The notes under the pieces were generated by a model. That model was not told where the DNA came from, searched no databases, and saw nothing but the letters and a program-made list of their open reading frames with translations. The position numbers and the translations under genes are program-made. This document shows positions 24,647-37,424 of a stretch of DNA of 64,000 nucleotides, in pieces. Positions within the stretch are counted from its first letter, which is position 1. Every line of letters begins with the position of its first letter. The stretch is from Anthoceros angustus (taxonomy: Eukaryota; Plantae; Anthocerotophyta), in the NCBI GenBank assembly GCA_010909165.1, contig MU008168.1, positions 744,001-808,000 of the forward strand. The letters are read 5' to 3'.

Positions 24647-27578
24647 ATGAGGAAGAGCTCAAGCCGAGGTTTGAGGAGCAGCTTCAAGCATGTGCTGCGC
24701 CGGTACAGTCTCGCCGCCAATGCTGGTTGCTCTGCAGGTGGCTTTGAAGGAGCTGGTCAGGAAACCTATCCTCAGAAGGTGAGCCTACCTCTTCTCGGCC
24801 GCTTCATCTGGTGTCAACCGAGCTAGGTTGGGGAATCTTGCATGACTTTGCATTTTCAGATGTTTGACGATTGCAGATACCAAGCCTCTTGGGATTCTGC
24901 CGGGCCCTACACAGTGAGGACTGGCGAGGGATGAGCAAGAAATCTTTGTCCTCATGGCGAAACTCTGGCGTGGTGGTGGAAACACGGCGCCGGGCCTTGG
25001 ATGCTGAAAGCTCGACTCGACTTCAGGGCAGGTTGTCGTTCTTTTCGTGTTGTTAGCTTTGAGGCTCTGCCTGTAGGCTGGAAAGTGAAGCCTGAATTTT
25101 GTGGCTTGTGTGCTTTGTCCTCACAGGTTTCCAAGTGCCAGACTTGACCCTGGGCCTTCTGGAGAGTTGAGGAAATTCTGCAGAGAAGGACGGTTGAAGG
25201 AGGCTCTGCATCTTCTGGATATTATGTCGGAGCAAGGGGTTCGCGTGAACAATGACGTTTATGATTCTCTCTTGCAAGAGTGCATTAGGAGGAGATCCCT
25301 AGCTGAGGGTGAGCACGTCCGAGCTCACATTGTGCGACGTGGATGGGAGACGAAACTATTTCTCGGTACCAACCTTGTCAGGCTGTACGCCAGTTGTGGA
25401 CAGATGTCGGAAGCCCAAAAAGTGTTCGACAAATTGTGCAACAAGAACGTCATTTCCTGGAGTGCACTTATTCAGGGTTATGTCAATGTCGGGCTTGGCG
25501 AGCAGGCATTTCAAGTCTTTCAGAAAATGGTGGCAGAAGGTGTGAAGCCTGACAAGATTTTGGCAACTATCATGGTGAAGGCATGTGCTAATTTAGCTGA
25601 TTTGGAGAAGGCGAAGGAAATTCATGTCCAGATCATGAGCAGTGGCTTGGTCCTAGATACTCTGCTGGAGAACTCTCTCATCGACATGTATGTCAAGTGC
25701 AAGAGCCTATATGATGCTTATGAGATCTTTGACAATATGACAGCACACCAGTTGGAGTCATGGACAGTGATGATTGCTGGATATGCTCAGAATGGGATTG
25801 AAAAGGAGGCATCTGACCTTTTTCAGAAGATGCAAGAGCAAGATGTAATTATGAATTCACAGGCATACGTTCAGCTCCTGACGGCGTGTTCAACTCTTAA
25901 CTTTGGCAGGAAAATACATGATGACATCAAAAGACGTGGATTTGGGAATGACAGAGCTGTTGGGGCAGCACTCGTGCACATGTATGCCAAATGTGGAAGC
26001 ATTGAAAGTGCACGTCAAGTATTTGACGGTCTCAATGAGCCGGACGTTATAGTGTTGAACGCAATGCTTGCAGGTTATGTGACGGCTGGCCAGGGTAGAG
26101 CAGTTTTGGGACTGTATACAGCATTCACAAAGAGCGGTGGAAAACCAGACAGGGTGACTTTTGTCCATTCCCTCAATGCTTGTGCCATCATACGTGCTCT
26201 GGATGTGGGACAGCAAATGCACACCAAAATCATGAATGCCGAATGTGAAGGCGATGTACTTGTGGTCAATTCTCTCATAGACATGTATGCCAAATGTGGG
26301 GACATACCCACTGCACGCATGGTTTTTGACAGGATGAAGGAGCGGACTGTAGTTTCATGGACTTCAATCATCACAGGATATGCCAGGTGTGGGCTGGGCA
26401 AAGAGGCATTGTTGCTTTACCAGGAGATGTTGAAGGAGAAGTTTGAGCCAACATTCAAAACGTTTCCCTCTGTTCTTAGTGCATGTGCAAGTGCAGCTGC
26501 TTTGGAACAGGGTAAGCAGGTCCATACCCTGATCAACGAACGCAAATTACTCCCTGACATCTTCATCGAAAACAGCCTGATAGATATGTACGCCAAGTGT
26601 GGGAGTATAGAGGATGCTCGCCAGGTGTTTGACAAGCTATCAAGCAAGGACTGTGTGTCCTGGACAGCGATGTTGGTGGCATACACCCAGCATGGACTCG
26701 GCGACCAGGCACTCGACCTTGTGAAGCAGATGTTCCAGGAAAATGTGGAGCTTGACCGGGGAGCATTGGCTGCGGCCCTGGCAGCATATGCACGCTTGGG
26801 TCTGGTGAAGGAGGGCCAAAAATTGTATGATTCCATGGTCCTTGACTATGGCATCAGTCCAGATGAGGAGCACCACGCTTGCATGGTTGACCTCCTTGGT
26901 CGAGCTGGGGAATTTCAAGCTGCGGAGAATTTCATCCTCAATCTTCCGAGCCGGCCTGGTTCTAGAGTCTGGATGGCTCTGCTCAAGGTTTGTAGCTACC
27001 ACAGGGTCATAGAGCTGGCAGAAATCGCTGCAGACAAGCTCTTCGCCATGGACAAGGAGAACCCAGTCCCTTACGTTATGCTAGCGAACACCTACGGTTG
27101 TCTGAATAGGTGGGATGATGAGGCTAGGGTGAGAAAGCTGATGGTCATGAACGGCACTAGGAAGGAGACCGCCGTGTGCTCGATCGAGTTCAACCAGCAG
27201 GTGCACGAATTCACCACTGGCGATGGGTCCCACCCTCAGTCCCAGGAGATATACTCCAGCGTGAACAACCTATGGGGGCAACTGAAGGAAGCAGGGTACG
27301 ATGTCTCTGTCGCAGGTGTTGTGCTTCATGACGTCGACGAGCAGGAAAGGGAACGGCCTCTGCACCACCACGCTGAAAAGCTAGCCCTGGCCTTCGGGGT
27401 CATCAACACACCCCCAGGGACACCTATTCGCATAGCAAAAAATCTTAGAGTGTGCGGGGACTGTCACAATGCTTTGAAGTCCCTCTCCCAAATAGTCAAA
27501 CGTGAAATTCTTGTCAGGGATCCGAGCTGTCATCACCGCTTCAAGAACGGTGTGTGTACCTGTGGAGACTTGTGGTGA
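24647..27578 (+). CDS. PLS-E-DYW pentatricopeptide repeat protein (organellar RNA-editing factor); two short 5' exons encode a putative transit peptide
   Basis: 825-codon ORF of P-L-S triplets (NSLIDMYAKCG, VVSWTSIITGY), E domains, HAEKLA...NLRVCGDCH...CTCGDLW. 5' exons ~24647-24778 and ~24877-25031 are inferred from GT/AG sites that keep the frame. Confidence 0.92.
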
Positions 27579-27787
27579 CATCGAATATTGGAAGTCGATC
27601 ATCCGAATATGGTCCCACGACAACTGTGTTCAAAAAACATGACAACTTAGGTATATTGTTTTCATACTTAAATACAGTATTTCCATCACGGAAAGTTTGC
27701 GTGTTGCGACACCCTGAAAAAGGCACTTTTTCATAAAGTACCTAATCGTCCGTCCTCCAAAAGGCAGGATAAAGATTGTACTGTACC

Positions 27788-28742
27788 CTACACCTGCAGC
27801 TTGTCGTCGTCGGCAGCAGAAAGATTGTGGAACTTGTCTTCTATGGTTGGTTCTGGTGCGCGACGGAGAGTGAGGTGCAGCCATGCCAGGAGATCTTGGT
27901 GAGCTTCCTCGGCCCTGGCAACAGCAGGCGGGTCCAGATCGGAGAAGCGGGTTGTAAAGCCGTGCTCGGCGTCTTTGTACACCTTTACTTTGCTGAGGGA
28001 GACGAGCGGGCTCTCCTCCAGGGCTTTGCCGAACGCCAAATTCTCCTCCGGCGTGATGACGATATCAATCTCCGGTGCAATAATCGACAGCGGCACCTTC
28101 ACTGCGTTGATCTCCTCCAAGGTGATGAAAGAGGGATGGCAAAAGACAGCACCCTGCACCGCCTCATCATCGGGCAGCAGGGGGATGGAAATCTTGGCAC
28201 CTCGGCAGAAGGCCACCACTCCCACGCTCTTGAAGCTGTACTCGGAGCGGATGTGATCCAGCACCTTGCGTATCTTTTCTCTGTCAGCTTCCACCGAGTG
28301 CTTCTCCAGCCACGGCCAGAGGCCGTCGTACTCGTCGTCTGGATTCGTCACTTGGTAAGGAGCCCCGTCGAGGTACTCCGGCAGCACGACGAAGTATCCC
28401 GAGGCGGCGATCTTGTCCGCCAGTTGCCTGCTCTGAGGCACCTCCCATCCTGCGCAAGCAAACATGTGCAACGTCCAGGTGGTAAGAAACAGACATCGTC
28501 TAGCTTGCTATGGAACAACAGACAGCGGCATCCATCATGTCAGCCATTTCAGCCACTCCTACACTCCAATCAGCGGATGAGGCTCCACCATAGATGTCGG
28601 ACACGAACAGAACAGCCGATTCAGCGTCCGGGGAGCCGGTCAAGTACACGGAACGCTCCCCCGGCCAGACGTCCTCCCTTCCCACGCCCTGGTAATCGGA
28701 GTGAGGCGGTGGAACGCAGCACTGGCCGCGAACGGGCGCCAT
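27788..28742 (-). CDS. Dienelactone hydrolase family protein (2 exons)
   Basis: QCCVPPP, YLTG..AVLFVSDIYG|WE, LADKIAASGYFVVLP, AFCRGAK nucleophile elbow, EID, AEHGFTTR. Confidence 0.88.
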
Positions 28743-30137
28743 GGAGCGGTCCGAAGGCCCCGGGGTCTCTTGCAGCGCAACACGAAATAAGCGCAGGCCT
28801 GGCCCGTGGCCTGCAAGTCATAGCCGTGACGCATGTGCGAGCAACGGCAGTTCCGGGTGTGCATGAATGAAGGGAGAGAAAAGGCAGCCGAGGCTCAGAG
28901 CAGGTGGCGGAGCCCGCGTCCCGATGCTCAACTCTCTTGTCTTGGATCAGGGTAACATCTTCCAAGCAGCAAGCTTGAACAAGTCGCGGAGTCCGGACTC
29001 GGCTCCGAGTGCAGCCTCTCATCAGACTAGAAACAGGGTGGAGCCATCTTCTGCGTCTTCTCACGCTCGAAGGCGAAATACGCTCGGCCGCGACTCGCTG
29101 CTCCAAATGTGCCCGGCCTGGTTAGCACATTGGTAAGCCAGCTACCCTGCGATCAGAGATAAACTCTCATCAGATGCTGCCCCCCTGGCCACCGCCACAA
29201 CCAACATGCGCCGGGGTCAGTGCAAATTTGTCTCATCAACTACAAACACTGTGTGGCCTCCTCCGCCATGGACCCCATCAGGGCCCGCCAGCTCCACGGC
29301 CGGCGCTTGTTCCACCGTTCCTTGCCCTGTCGTGCCGTTTGCGCTTGCCAGGGCCATCCCCACGTGCTTCGGCGCTTGTGCACAGTGGAGGGAAAAGTGC
29401 ATATGCAGTGATAGGTGGCCACGTGCAAACGCAATTCAATATGATAATTTATGGTACATATTCACGGGTCGTGATGGAGGCTATGTGCGTGTGAAAGCAC
29501 TTCGCCTGAGTCTACAGTAGATAGATTGGGCTTCCTACAGTAGATAGATTTGGCTTCCGGGAGAACTCAACCCACAGGGCTGCTCCCGGATGTCGTCAGT
29601 TGAGCCGGGGAGGAGAGTCGTTCCGCCTACTGAGTACCCTGAGAGAAGACCGAAAACCTTACTACTTCTGTGGCAAACAACACCAAGCATCAGGCTTGGA
29701 ACACCTCCGGAGAGACACAACAACAGGGTGCCAGAAACTGCATGAAACAGAACTGGGTGAATGTCCACATGGGTATCTGGTTGCAAAGAGCAAAGACAGC
29801 CAAATTTTGAGGCCTCATGAGGCTCATACATACAGTGGATGAGATTCTGAGTGTGGTCTTGGACGGAGATGCCGAGCGAGCAGCCCCTTCTAGGAGCACC
29901 AAGCTAACCCTGTGGAAGAAACAGATACATGCCCAAGGAAACAGTTTCAGACAGGTGACACAAGTAACACAAGTAATGCATTCAGGGTAAGTGAAACGAG
30001 AAATAAAAGAAGAGAGCAGGAGTTTGTTTGCCACACATACCCACCACTGTGCTGCTGAGCTTCAACGGGTGGACACAAGGCAAAGGAGGCAAAGGAATCC
30101 ACACTTGGAGCGAGTGATGAGAGAGGCAGAGCAGAAG

Positions 30138-31595
30138 CTAAGGCATGATATCGGCATTGGGAACGAAGCAAAATCCGGGGTCGTACATCCGGCAGCCCCG
30201 AGGAGGATGGACCAAATCCCTGTCCGGCACACTCCAGGACTTATCAATGTAATCAAATACGATGGCATCGGCTCCGTGGCTGCGGCCTTTCACGAAAAAC
30301 ATGCAATTCGACACCACTGTACAGTCTTTGAGCTCCAGGGTGGGATGCCACCAATGGCGTTTAGAGAAGGAGAAGGAGTACAGTGGGACGAACTCCTGCG
30401 GCATCTCCCCGAGCTTCACCCACGAGTGCCCAGCCAGCGTCTTCCCGAGCTCGGCCGACCCCTTCCTCCTCCTTGTCAGACTGAGCTCCCACAACCGCAC
30501 CCCATCAAGATGAATGCACCTCTTCTCCCAATCCACAATCCCGCACCTGGCCACCAGCACCAGCCTCCCCAAGCACTCCGTCAGCACATACGACACCACC
30601 CCGTCCAGCATCCCGCTGGGCACCGAGAAGTTGAACCAGGCCTCGCACTCCAGATCAAACGCCCAGATGGACCACGACTTCACCTCCCGAATACTGCTCC
30701 CCACCACATAGAACGCGAATCCCCCCACGCAGGGGCCGGTGGATGTGAAGAAATCGTACCCGCAGAGGGGAATACTCGGGCACGGCCGCCAGGAATCCGC
30801 CATGGAGCAGTAGATGTGAGTCTGGAAGTGCCATCTGAACTTCATGACCAAGATCCGGTACATCCCCCGCCCCCCGGCCTCCCCGGTGCTCCAGACCGTG
30901 ATCCGGCGGAAGGCCGGGAAGGAGAGCAGAGTCGGCCCGTCCGCCAGGAGCGGCAGCCGGCGCCAGGCGTTGGAGAGCGGGTTGGAGACCGTGATCCGGC
31001 ACACCGGGGCGCAGTTGTTGAAGTTCCCGTAGAAGAGAAGGCTCCCGGCGGAGGCGATGAAGTGGCCGAAATCCAACGCCGACGCATGCAACGCCACGGG
31101 CCCCGACCCCGCCACCCGCAGCACGGGGTTGTAGGCCAGGGCCAGCATCTTCCCGTCCCGGGTGTGCACGGCGCGGAGGAAGCTGGCTCCCAGGGATCCC
31201 ACCACCAGCTCCGCCCGCGCGTCCTCCAGGATGAGCCGATCCCACGCCCGGCACACGGCCCGGAGCGGCAGCAGGGCCGGGAGCGGCACCCGGGCCAGGA
31301 TCTCCCGCAAGACCTCGTCCGGGAGGGAGTTGAGGGACGCGCACTGGCAGCCGAGGGCCGGATCACGGCAGCCCGAGGCGGAGCTGGAGCCCGCGGTGGA
31401 GGAAGAGATGCCGTCCCGGCAGCTGGTGGCCACCGCCACCTCCCCGCAGCATCCCACGTCCGGGCGGCCCAGCCGCAAGGGCTTCAGGACCGCCTTCTTC
31501 TGGAAGGATTTGGACCTGCTGCCGCTGCTGCTGCCGCTGGTGGCCATGCGAGCGCGGATGCATTTGAGCATCTTGCCGACCTGCGATGCCGCCAA
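30138..31595 (-). CDS. F-box protein with a kelch-like/FBA C-terminal region, intronless and GC-rich
   Basis: SLPDEVLREILARVPLPALLPLRAVCRAW F-box; ASAGSLL, VSNPLSNAWRRLP, AFDLECEAW, LTECLGRLVLV. Confidence 0.88.
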   Translation of the reverse strand: MAASQVGKMLKCIRARMATSGSSSGSRSKSFQKKAVLKPLRLGRPDVGCCGEVAVATSCRDGISSSTAGSSSASGCRDPALGCQCASLNSLPDEVLREILARVPLPALLPLRAVCRAWDRLILEDARAELVVGSLGASFLRAVHTRDGKMLALAYNPVLRVAGSGPVALHASALDFGHFIASAGSLLFYGNFNNCAPVCRITVSNPLSNAWRRLPLLADGPTLLSFPAFRRITVWSTGEAGGRGMYRILVMKFRWHFQTHIYCSMADSWRPCPSIPLCGYDFFTSTGPCVGGFAFYVVGSSIREVKSWSIWAFDLECEAWFNFSVPSGMLDGVVSYVLTECLGRLVLVARCGIVDWEKRCIHLDGVRLWELSLTRRRKGSAELGKTLAGHSWVKLGEMPQEFVPLYSFSFSKRHWWHPTLELKDCTVVSNCMFFVKGRSHGADAIVFDYIDKSWSVPDRDLVHPPRGCRMYDPGFCFVPNADIMP

Positions 31596-31650
31596 TGCAA
31601 CAGCTTTGCCGCATCGATGCGTGCCTGCGGGAGAGCAGAAAGATCATCAG

Positions 31651-31688
31651 GCCTGCCTCTGCCTCTGCCTCTGCCTCAGCCTCAGCCT
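31651..31688. repeat. (GCCTCT/GCCTCA) hexamer microsatellite just upstream of the F-box start
   Basis: gcctctgcctctgcctctgcctcagcctcagcct. Confidence 0.75.
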
Positions 31689-33182
31689 GGGCGCTCGCCG
31701 TCGTTGTTTGGACGTTTGCACATCACAATGCGGTCCGTCTTGGCATTCTTTTTACAGCAAGAGTTGATGCTCGCTTTGCTGTACTTCAGATTCTGCCACA
31801 GGGTCGGGGTCGGCTCCAACGCACATCAACGCACTTCTCTGTCCATAATATATGTACATACACATATACAAATACACATGTACATAGGTCTGTAGGTTTC
31901 CGGAGGTACATATCATCATACCACCTTACCGTATCACTCTCCTTCAAAATGCAAAAAAGGTTAGGGGAGGTTTTGCTTAAACTCAAAACGAGTGATATTA
32001 TTTCTTCACTCTATCTTCTTTTTACATGTTTCGTATCCATGACTCCTTGAGTAAATTATATCGATATTATTCTATATTTTACTATAAAATATATTTCTTA
32101 TACCTATTTCGTTTGAGTCCGAGGTATAAAAGATACTCAGAGATGCTCGAGAACTATCGTGGTTATGATCTTTGCCTCTCTCCACCCTTGTGCATTTTTC
32201 ACAATTCAGACACAAATTGAGCCATATGTCTATCATTGTTCAGCTTAAGGCATATGTTGAGTGATTTATGGCAGGCAATTTTTGGATGGTGCAGCATGAT
32301 GTGTTGGTTGTGTCAAAACATTTCTTTAGGCAACACACTTCCCTGTTGCGGAAACGAGCAAAGATGTCTTGCACTCTATATTTTTTAAAGAGTGTAAGAG
32401 TGGTCGAGGATTTTCGGTCCATCTATCATCCGATGGAGGAGAGTTTGGCTGTAGTTGTCATCAGTAGGGAATGTAGGGCTCACCAACTCTCCTTTTCTAT
32501 TCGCCTTCTTTGGTAGGAGGCGAGCTTTGAAGACTTCTATTCATGATGAACCAAGGTCCAAGTCGAGAGGACACCGATAGATTATTATTTACGATATATA
32601 AATATCAATAGTATAAGTGCATCCAAATTTAATGATCATTCGAAAATATGCTTTGGTCGAAATTGGATTTAGTCCACATTGGCCTAAAAATGCCTCAGAC
32701 CTTCTGGATTTCATAGCCTCTTCAAGGAGAGGTTTTGCACATCTAAGATTGCTCGATCATTATCGTTCTTTACCTGGTCACATTCCATGGTCTACTTCAT
32801 GACCACGGAATGGCAGAGAATAGGACGGATTGTTGGCTCTAGGAATCGGCACCTAGGGTTAGGCATAGGCGAGTTGGTTAGGGTTCAAATCAAGGCAAAT
32901 GGATTTAGTTGAATGAATGACAACTCCTATTATAACTTTTCATGTTACAACCTCAATTACGGATACCAATTGCAACCAAACACATATATGCTAATCATTA
33001 TTATTAGTAATTTAAACAAAAAGGATAGTTTATTTTAGGACCAGACACCCGATTATGATTCTGACGTAGCCCCCATACACTTGAATGATCAACGAACTAG
33101 TTTCCACTAGAAGGCGCTCTCGAGACTTTATTTGGATTGCAAGTGTATAAGTACAGTGTTAGTAATCTATTCTCAACAATTA

Positions 33183-33184
<2 letters not shown>

Positions 33185-33217
<33 letters not shown>
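33185..33217. repeat. (AAT)11 microsatellite
   Basis: Read directly from the sequence. Confidence 0.9.
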
Positions 33218-33464
33218 TTCTTAAACTTTCCTCAATGATATAGGCGTTATCATTCTTCAGAAAAAACCAATAGGCTTTGTAAAGTTCATATGCCCACCCA
33301 CCTTTGGCTCATTGCTGGCTAATTGTCCTGAACACTTTTCATAGTAGACAACTTGCAGGCATACTTGACTAGGTAATAAGCTATGTGTGTGCTTGCACAT
33401 TTTTTTGATAATGTGCAACTAACGTAAGTGGAAGATACTGGATAATTTGCTGTGTGTGCACTTT

Positions 33465-34080
33465 GTTTTATACAACATTCTTGTAACTCGCAATTCTCTC
33501 AAAGTCTCGACTTGTATTACCTCAAATATCAAATATTTTCCAAAGTGTCGACTTGTATTACCTCAAGTATCAAATATTTTCCAAAGTGTCGACTTGTATT
33601 ACCTCAAATATCAAATATTTTCCAGTATAGGTTCCTCACTATAACCTTTTAATCTTGTCCTTTGTCTTACCCTAATAATATATACTTTATGGACCTTCGT
33701 TTTTATGCAACATTCTTGTAACCGCAATTCTCTCAAAAGTGTTGACTTGTATTACCTCAAGTATTAAATATTTTCAAATATAGATTCCTCACTATAACCT
33801 TTTAATTTTGTTGATTCTTGTCTTACCCTTATAATATATACTTCTGAACCTCTTTGATTATACATTTTTCTATAGATTCAAAAAAGATTGTAATTATGCA
33901 TTCTCTCAAAAGGATTGACTCGTATGGATAATATCTTAAGCATCAAATCTTTTTAAGTATAGATATTTTTTACTATAACCTTTCAATCTCATTAGTGTGC
34001 TTACCTTGATAATATAATTTATTGGACCTTCTTTAATTAAAAATTCTTACCACAGATTCAAGAAGAGCAGTAATAGTAAA
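33465..34080. repeat. Nested AT-rich tandem repeat: three diverged ~160-190-bp units, the first with an internal 41-bp triplication
   Basis: attctctcaaa..gacttgtattacctcaa..cactataaccttt..cttaccct.ataatata recurs three times; aaagtgtcgacttgtattacctcaa.tatcaaatattttcc occurs x3 at ~33500-33623. Confidence 0.8.
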
Positions 34081-34134
34081 TCTCTTTGCCCCAAAATCAG
34101 CAACGACAATATTACAACACATAGATGTCCCGAA

Positions 34135-34207
34135 CGATCACGGCGGGACTCGAACCCACAATCTCCCGCTCCGGAGGCGAGCGCCTTATCCATTAGGCCA
34201 CGCGACC
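34135..34207 (-). tRNA. tRNA-Arg (anticodon CCG), 73 nt, intronless
   Basis: GGTCGCG acceptor pairs with CGTGATC; TGGCCTAATGG A-box; anticodon arm CTCGC-CT[CCG]GA-GCGGG; GGTTCGAGTCC B-box. Confidence 0.96.
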
Positions 34208-34380
34208 CTTCACACCGTCTACAAATAATTTTGTCTTATTTAATACAAAAGACATGGCCACAACAACCTTCCGCGCCGCCTTTCCGTTCAACAAAGGGAG
34301 CGACTGAATTGTTTGCTCGCAATTATCTATAGAAATACAAACCAAGAAATCTATACAAAGCCCATACCAGGGTTGACTAC

Positions 34381-37300
34381 CTACGAAGAACTAGATGATG
34401 CTGCAACAAATACAGTTAGCAGCTCAGGATTCCTTTCGCAAAAAAGTTTGAAGTCCTCCCAGCTGATGGAATTATCACCATCGACATCCAGCTTTTGGAA
34501 GATGTGTTGTACCTGAATGGAACGGGATTCCTGTGACGAAAGAGATCAACAAGAAAGATCAACGGAAGGAGGAGAAAAAGGACAACTGGTACCTTTGTGC
34601 TGGATATTGTCGGGAAGACTAATCTAAGGCTTGCCTCCAACTGCAACACAGAAGTAGGCACTCATAAGATCCTCGGTGCAGAGGCGATCGCTGACATGGA
34701 AGAAGCGTTCAGGGATAACAGGTTTCAACCTCTTTGAGCGACACATAGCCATCCTTTTGCAGATCACATGCATCAAAGGCCGACTTCATCGAGCTGGAAA
34801 AGGCAGAATGTCTTGATAGGAATGCCAAGACTGCTACGAACTGCAAAATTGGACAGCCCACATTGGTTTATGAACATTGAATCTGGGCGAGTGTCTCTCA
34901 GCAAACTGCAATGGCAGACTAGTTGGAGCATACCTCCCGGAAATATATAAAGCCTCGCCGCGATTTGTCGAATAGGCAGAACACCTTTCACAAAAGAGAA
35001 CGTGTTAATCGGCAAATTCTTTGAATGGTGAGCAAGGAAACAGGCTTCCAGGAAATGGACATTCACCTGTTCAGAGAAGTCAGTTTTTGGAAGATCGAGT
35101 GCCTCCAGAAATTGATCGAGATTTACATAGCCACTGTTGATTGGAACAAAAGCAACTGCCATTAACTTGTAGGAACTTAACATTCTATGAAGATTGCAGC
35201 ACAGTGTATGAAGTGCAACGGGAGCTGCCTGCAAGTGGAGTCCATTGCAACAAACTTGTCCAGATACCCCTTCACCTCCTTTGTGGATAGATTGAAAAGC
35301 TAGAAGACAGCAAAACATGGATCGATAAGGTATTGGCTGTTCCCCACAAACTTCAAGCAACAGACATCCCTGAAATGCATCCTGACGACTAAGGAAGGTA
35401 CCTTTTCCATACGACCCATCTCCACCATTGAAGCAAAAGCCGAAGACTGGAGGAAGAAGACACCAGAAAGAAAATCAAGTCAACTCTCCAGTTCGCCTTA
35501 CATGGACATTTTTTGCACGGTGAGTATGCAGCTTACCATCTTCAGCTCCGTTGCTTTCACAGCTAGCATCAAGTCACCATATGTATGCTCCGTCTCTGGA
35601 ACATTGAGAGCTCTAGCCATCTCATATCGGACCTGTGCAGATGCACATTTCTTTCCAGTGAGAGTGTCCTCCAATTGGATCGTAGGAACTTGTCAGGAAA
35701 GGTGGAGCACATACCCTTGCAGCAAACTCTGCTGGATTTTCCTTTTCTTTAGCTGAAGGGATAATGACCGGAAGGTACTCGACCTGGATGTCAGGCATGA
35801 CAACTCAGATCTGAGTGGTGGCAAAATGGTGGAGTATTGAGTCTCTCTTTGACCTATCTACCTACTGTGTTCACAGAACACAGCAGTAGCCGAGGTTAAA
35901 ACAAGTACAATCCTTGGCATACTTCTGAACTTTGAAGATACCTCCATAAAGTTGTTGAACTGTGTCAGCATTCGGAACACAAGTTTTAAAAGTGGTGTAT
36001 TACCCCTGCGTCAGAGAGGACCAATTGTTAGAACAACCAGACTATTCGCTTCTTAACTGAGGTACCAATTTAGTACTCCAAATGATGTCGGAAACCCAAA
36101 TACCATGTACCAGGAGCAGTCGAAGTGGACAAAGGGATAGCGCACAACAACAGGTTGTACTGGAAGCCCAGGGACGAAGGCTCCTAGCTTGTATGATATC
36201 AAAGCCCTGCCATTGGTGGTTGTACCCTCTGGAAAGAGCAGCACTCGAGGAAAGTCATCGCTCAAAGCTCTTCTCTGCAATTGTGTGCTTGAGCACACCA
36301 CCTCGTGAGTTGTTGCATAGATCCCAAGAGTAACCAAAACCAACCAAGCAATCCCACGTGAGAGGGGCATCTCCCTTGGGCTTACAGTGGGTCGGGAATG
36401 CGGAGCCCCATTTCCAAACACTGGGATGAGTTAACAGGTACCTTAATCTCCAGACCAGCCTTTCTCCTTGAAGCTGGGTCAAGCCTGTCAACAAGAATCA
36501 TCTGCCATTGCATCGGGTCCACATTAGTCATCTCCCGATTCATTCCAACAGGCTTTTTTGACGAGGTGCAAGCGAATACAAGGGACCCATCGCGTTTGCA
36601 CTCTAACCAGGAGCCTACCCACACTCCCCTACTCCCCCACGCCCCTCACCTGCATAGATCTGATGATCATTCCCACGAACATAATGCTGTCATGCGAATT
36701 GGAGCTGACCATGCTCGGAAACAGCGCGTAAAAGAAAAAGATGGGGTCAACAAAGGACACATGATTCGACACCACTATCGGAGCAACCTCCCTCGGTGCA
36801 GGGCTTCCCATTATCCGAATCCAATGAAAACTGCGAACAAGACGACGCCGTCAAGTCAGATCCTGCACACCCCTCCTCCGTGAACATTTCATCGCGAAGC
36901 ACTCTCACAGACCATGTCAGGAGCAGGCACAAAACTAACCCAAAGCAGAAGAGGATGCAGCGGGCACAGCCTCTTGCAACACCCATTAGCCTGTACCGCC
37001 ACAAGGGCATAGCTTCCTGCTTCTGCTCCCATCCAGCCAGAGCCAGCTTGGTGCCCAACAACCCGACGATCACCACCACTACAGTAAGTAACACTCGAAC
37101 CAGCAGAATCGGCAGGCAAATGACCGTCTTCGCCAACTCGTAAAGGCCGTCAATTTCCGGAGTGTGGTTCCGAAACGGATCGATGGGAAGCAGAGGCCCC
37201 AGCGACGGACATTCACCAAACACGGAGATCACATGCTGCGCGGCCCCATCCCCTCTCCTCTTCACACCCTCCCCGTTTCCGTTGGCATCCTCAATTCCCG

Positions 37301-37424
37301 CCCCCTTAGCCAGCAGCTCCACCTGCAAATCCCCGATCCCGAGCCCCCCCGACCCTGTAGATCCGTTCTGCTTCCGGAGCAACGGAATCTGCAATTCCCC
37401 GTTCCCATTCATGTCTATCACCAT
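34381..37424 (-). CDS. LPEAT2: Lysophospholipid acyltransferase with C-terminal EF-hands, multi-exon
   Basis: IDPFRNHTPEIDGLYE, APIVVSNHVSFVDP (HxxxxD), PRVLLFPEGTTTNG, EF-hand-like DVDGDNSISWEDF at the C-terminus. Confidence 0.9.

Noticed and set aside
27776-28870. 364-aa plus-strand ORF
   Set aside because: Antisense to the dienelactone hydrolase; no recognisable protein features.
29991-31895. 634-aa plus-strand ORF
   Set aside because: Antisense shadow of the GC-rich F-box gene; Pro/Arg/His-rich with no domain.
33700-33740. LRR-like peptide (LRELRLQEC) on the minus strand of the AT-rich repeat
   Set aside because: Flanked by stops and not kept in frame in the other repeat units.
34090-34134. 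Possible tRNA-snoRNA dicistron (trailer ends CTGA-TTTT)
   Set aside because: The trailer is only ~40 nt and lacks a box C (RTGATGA), too short for a C/D snoRNA.
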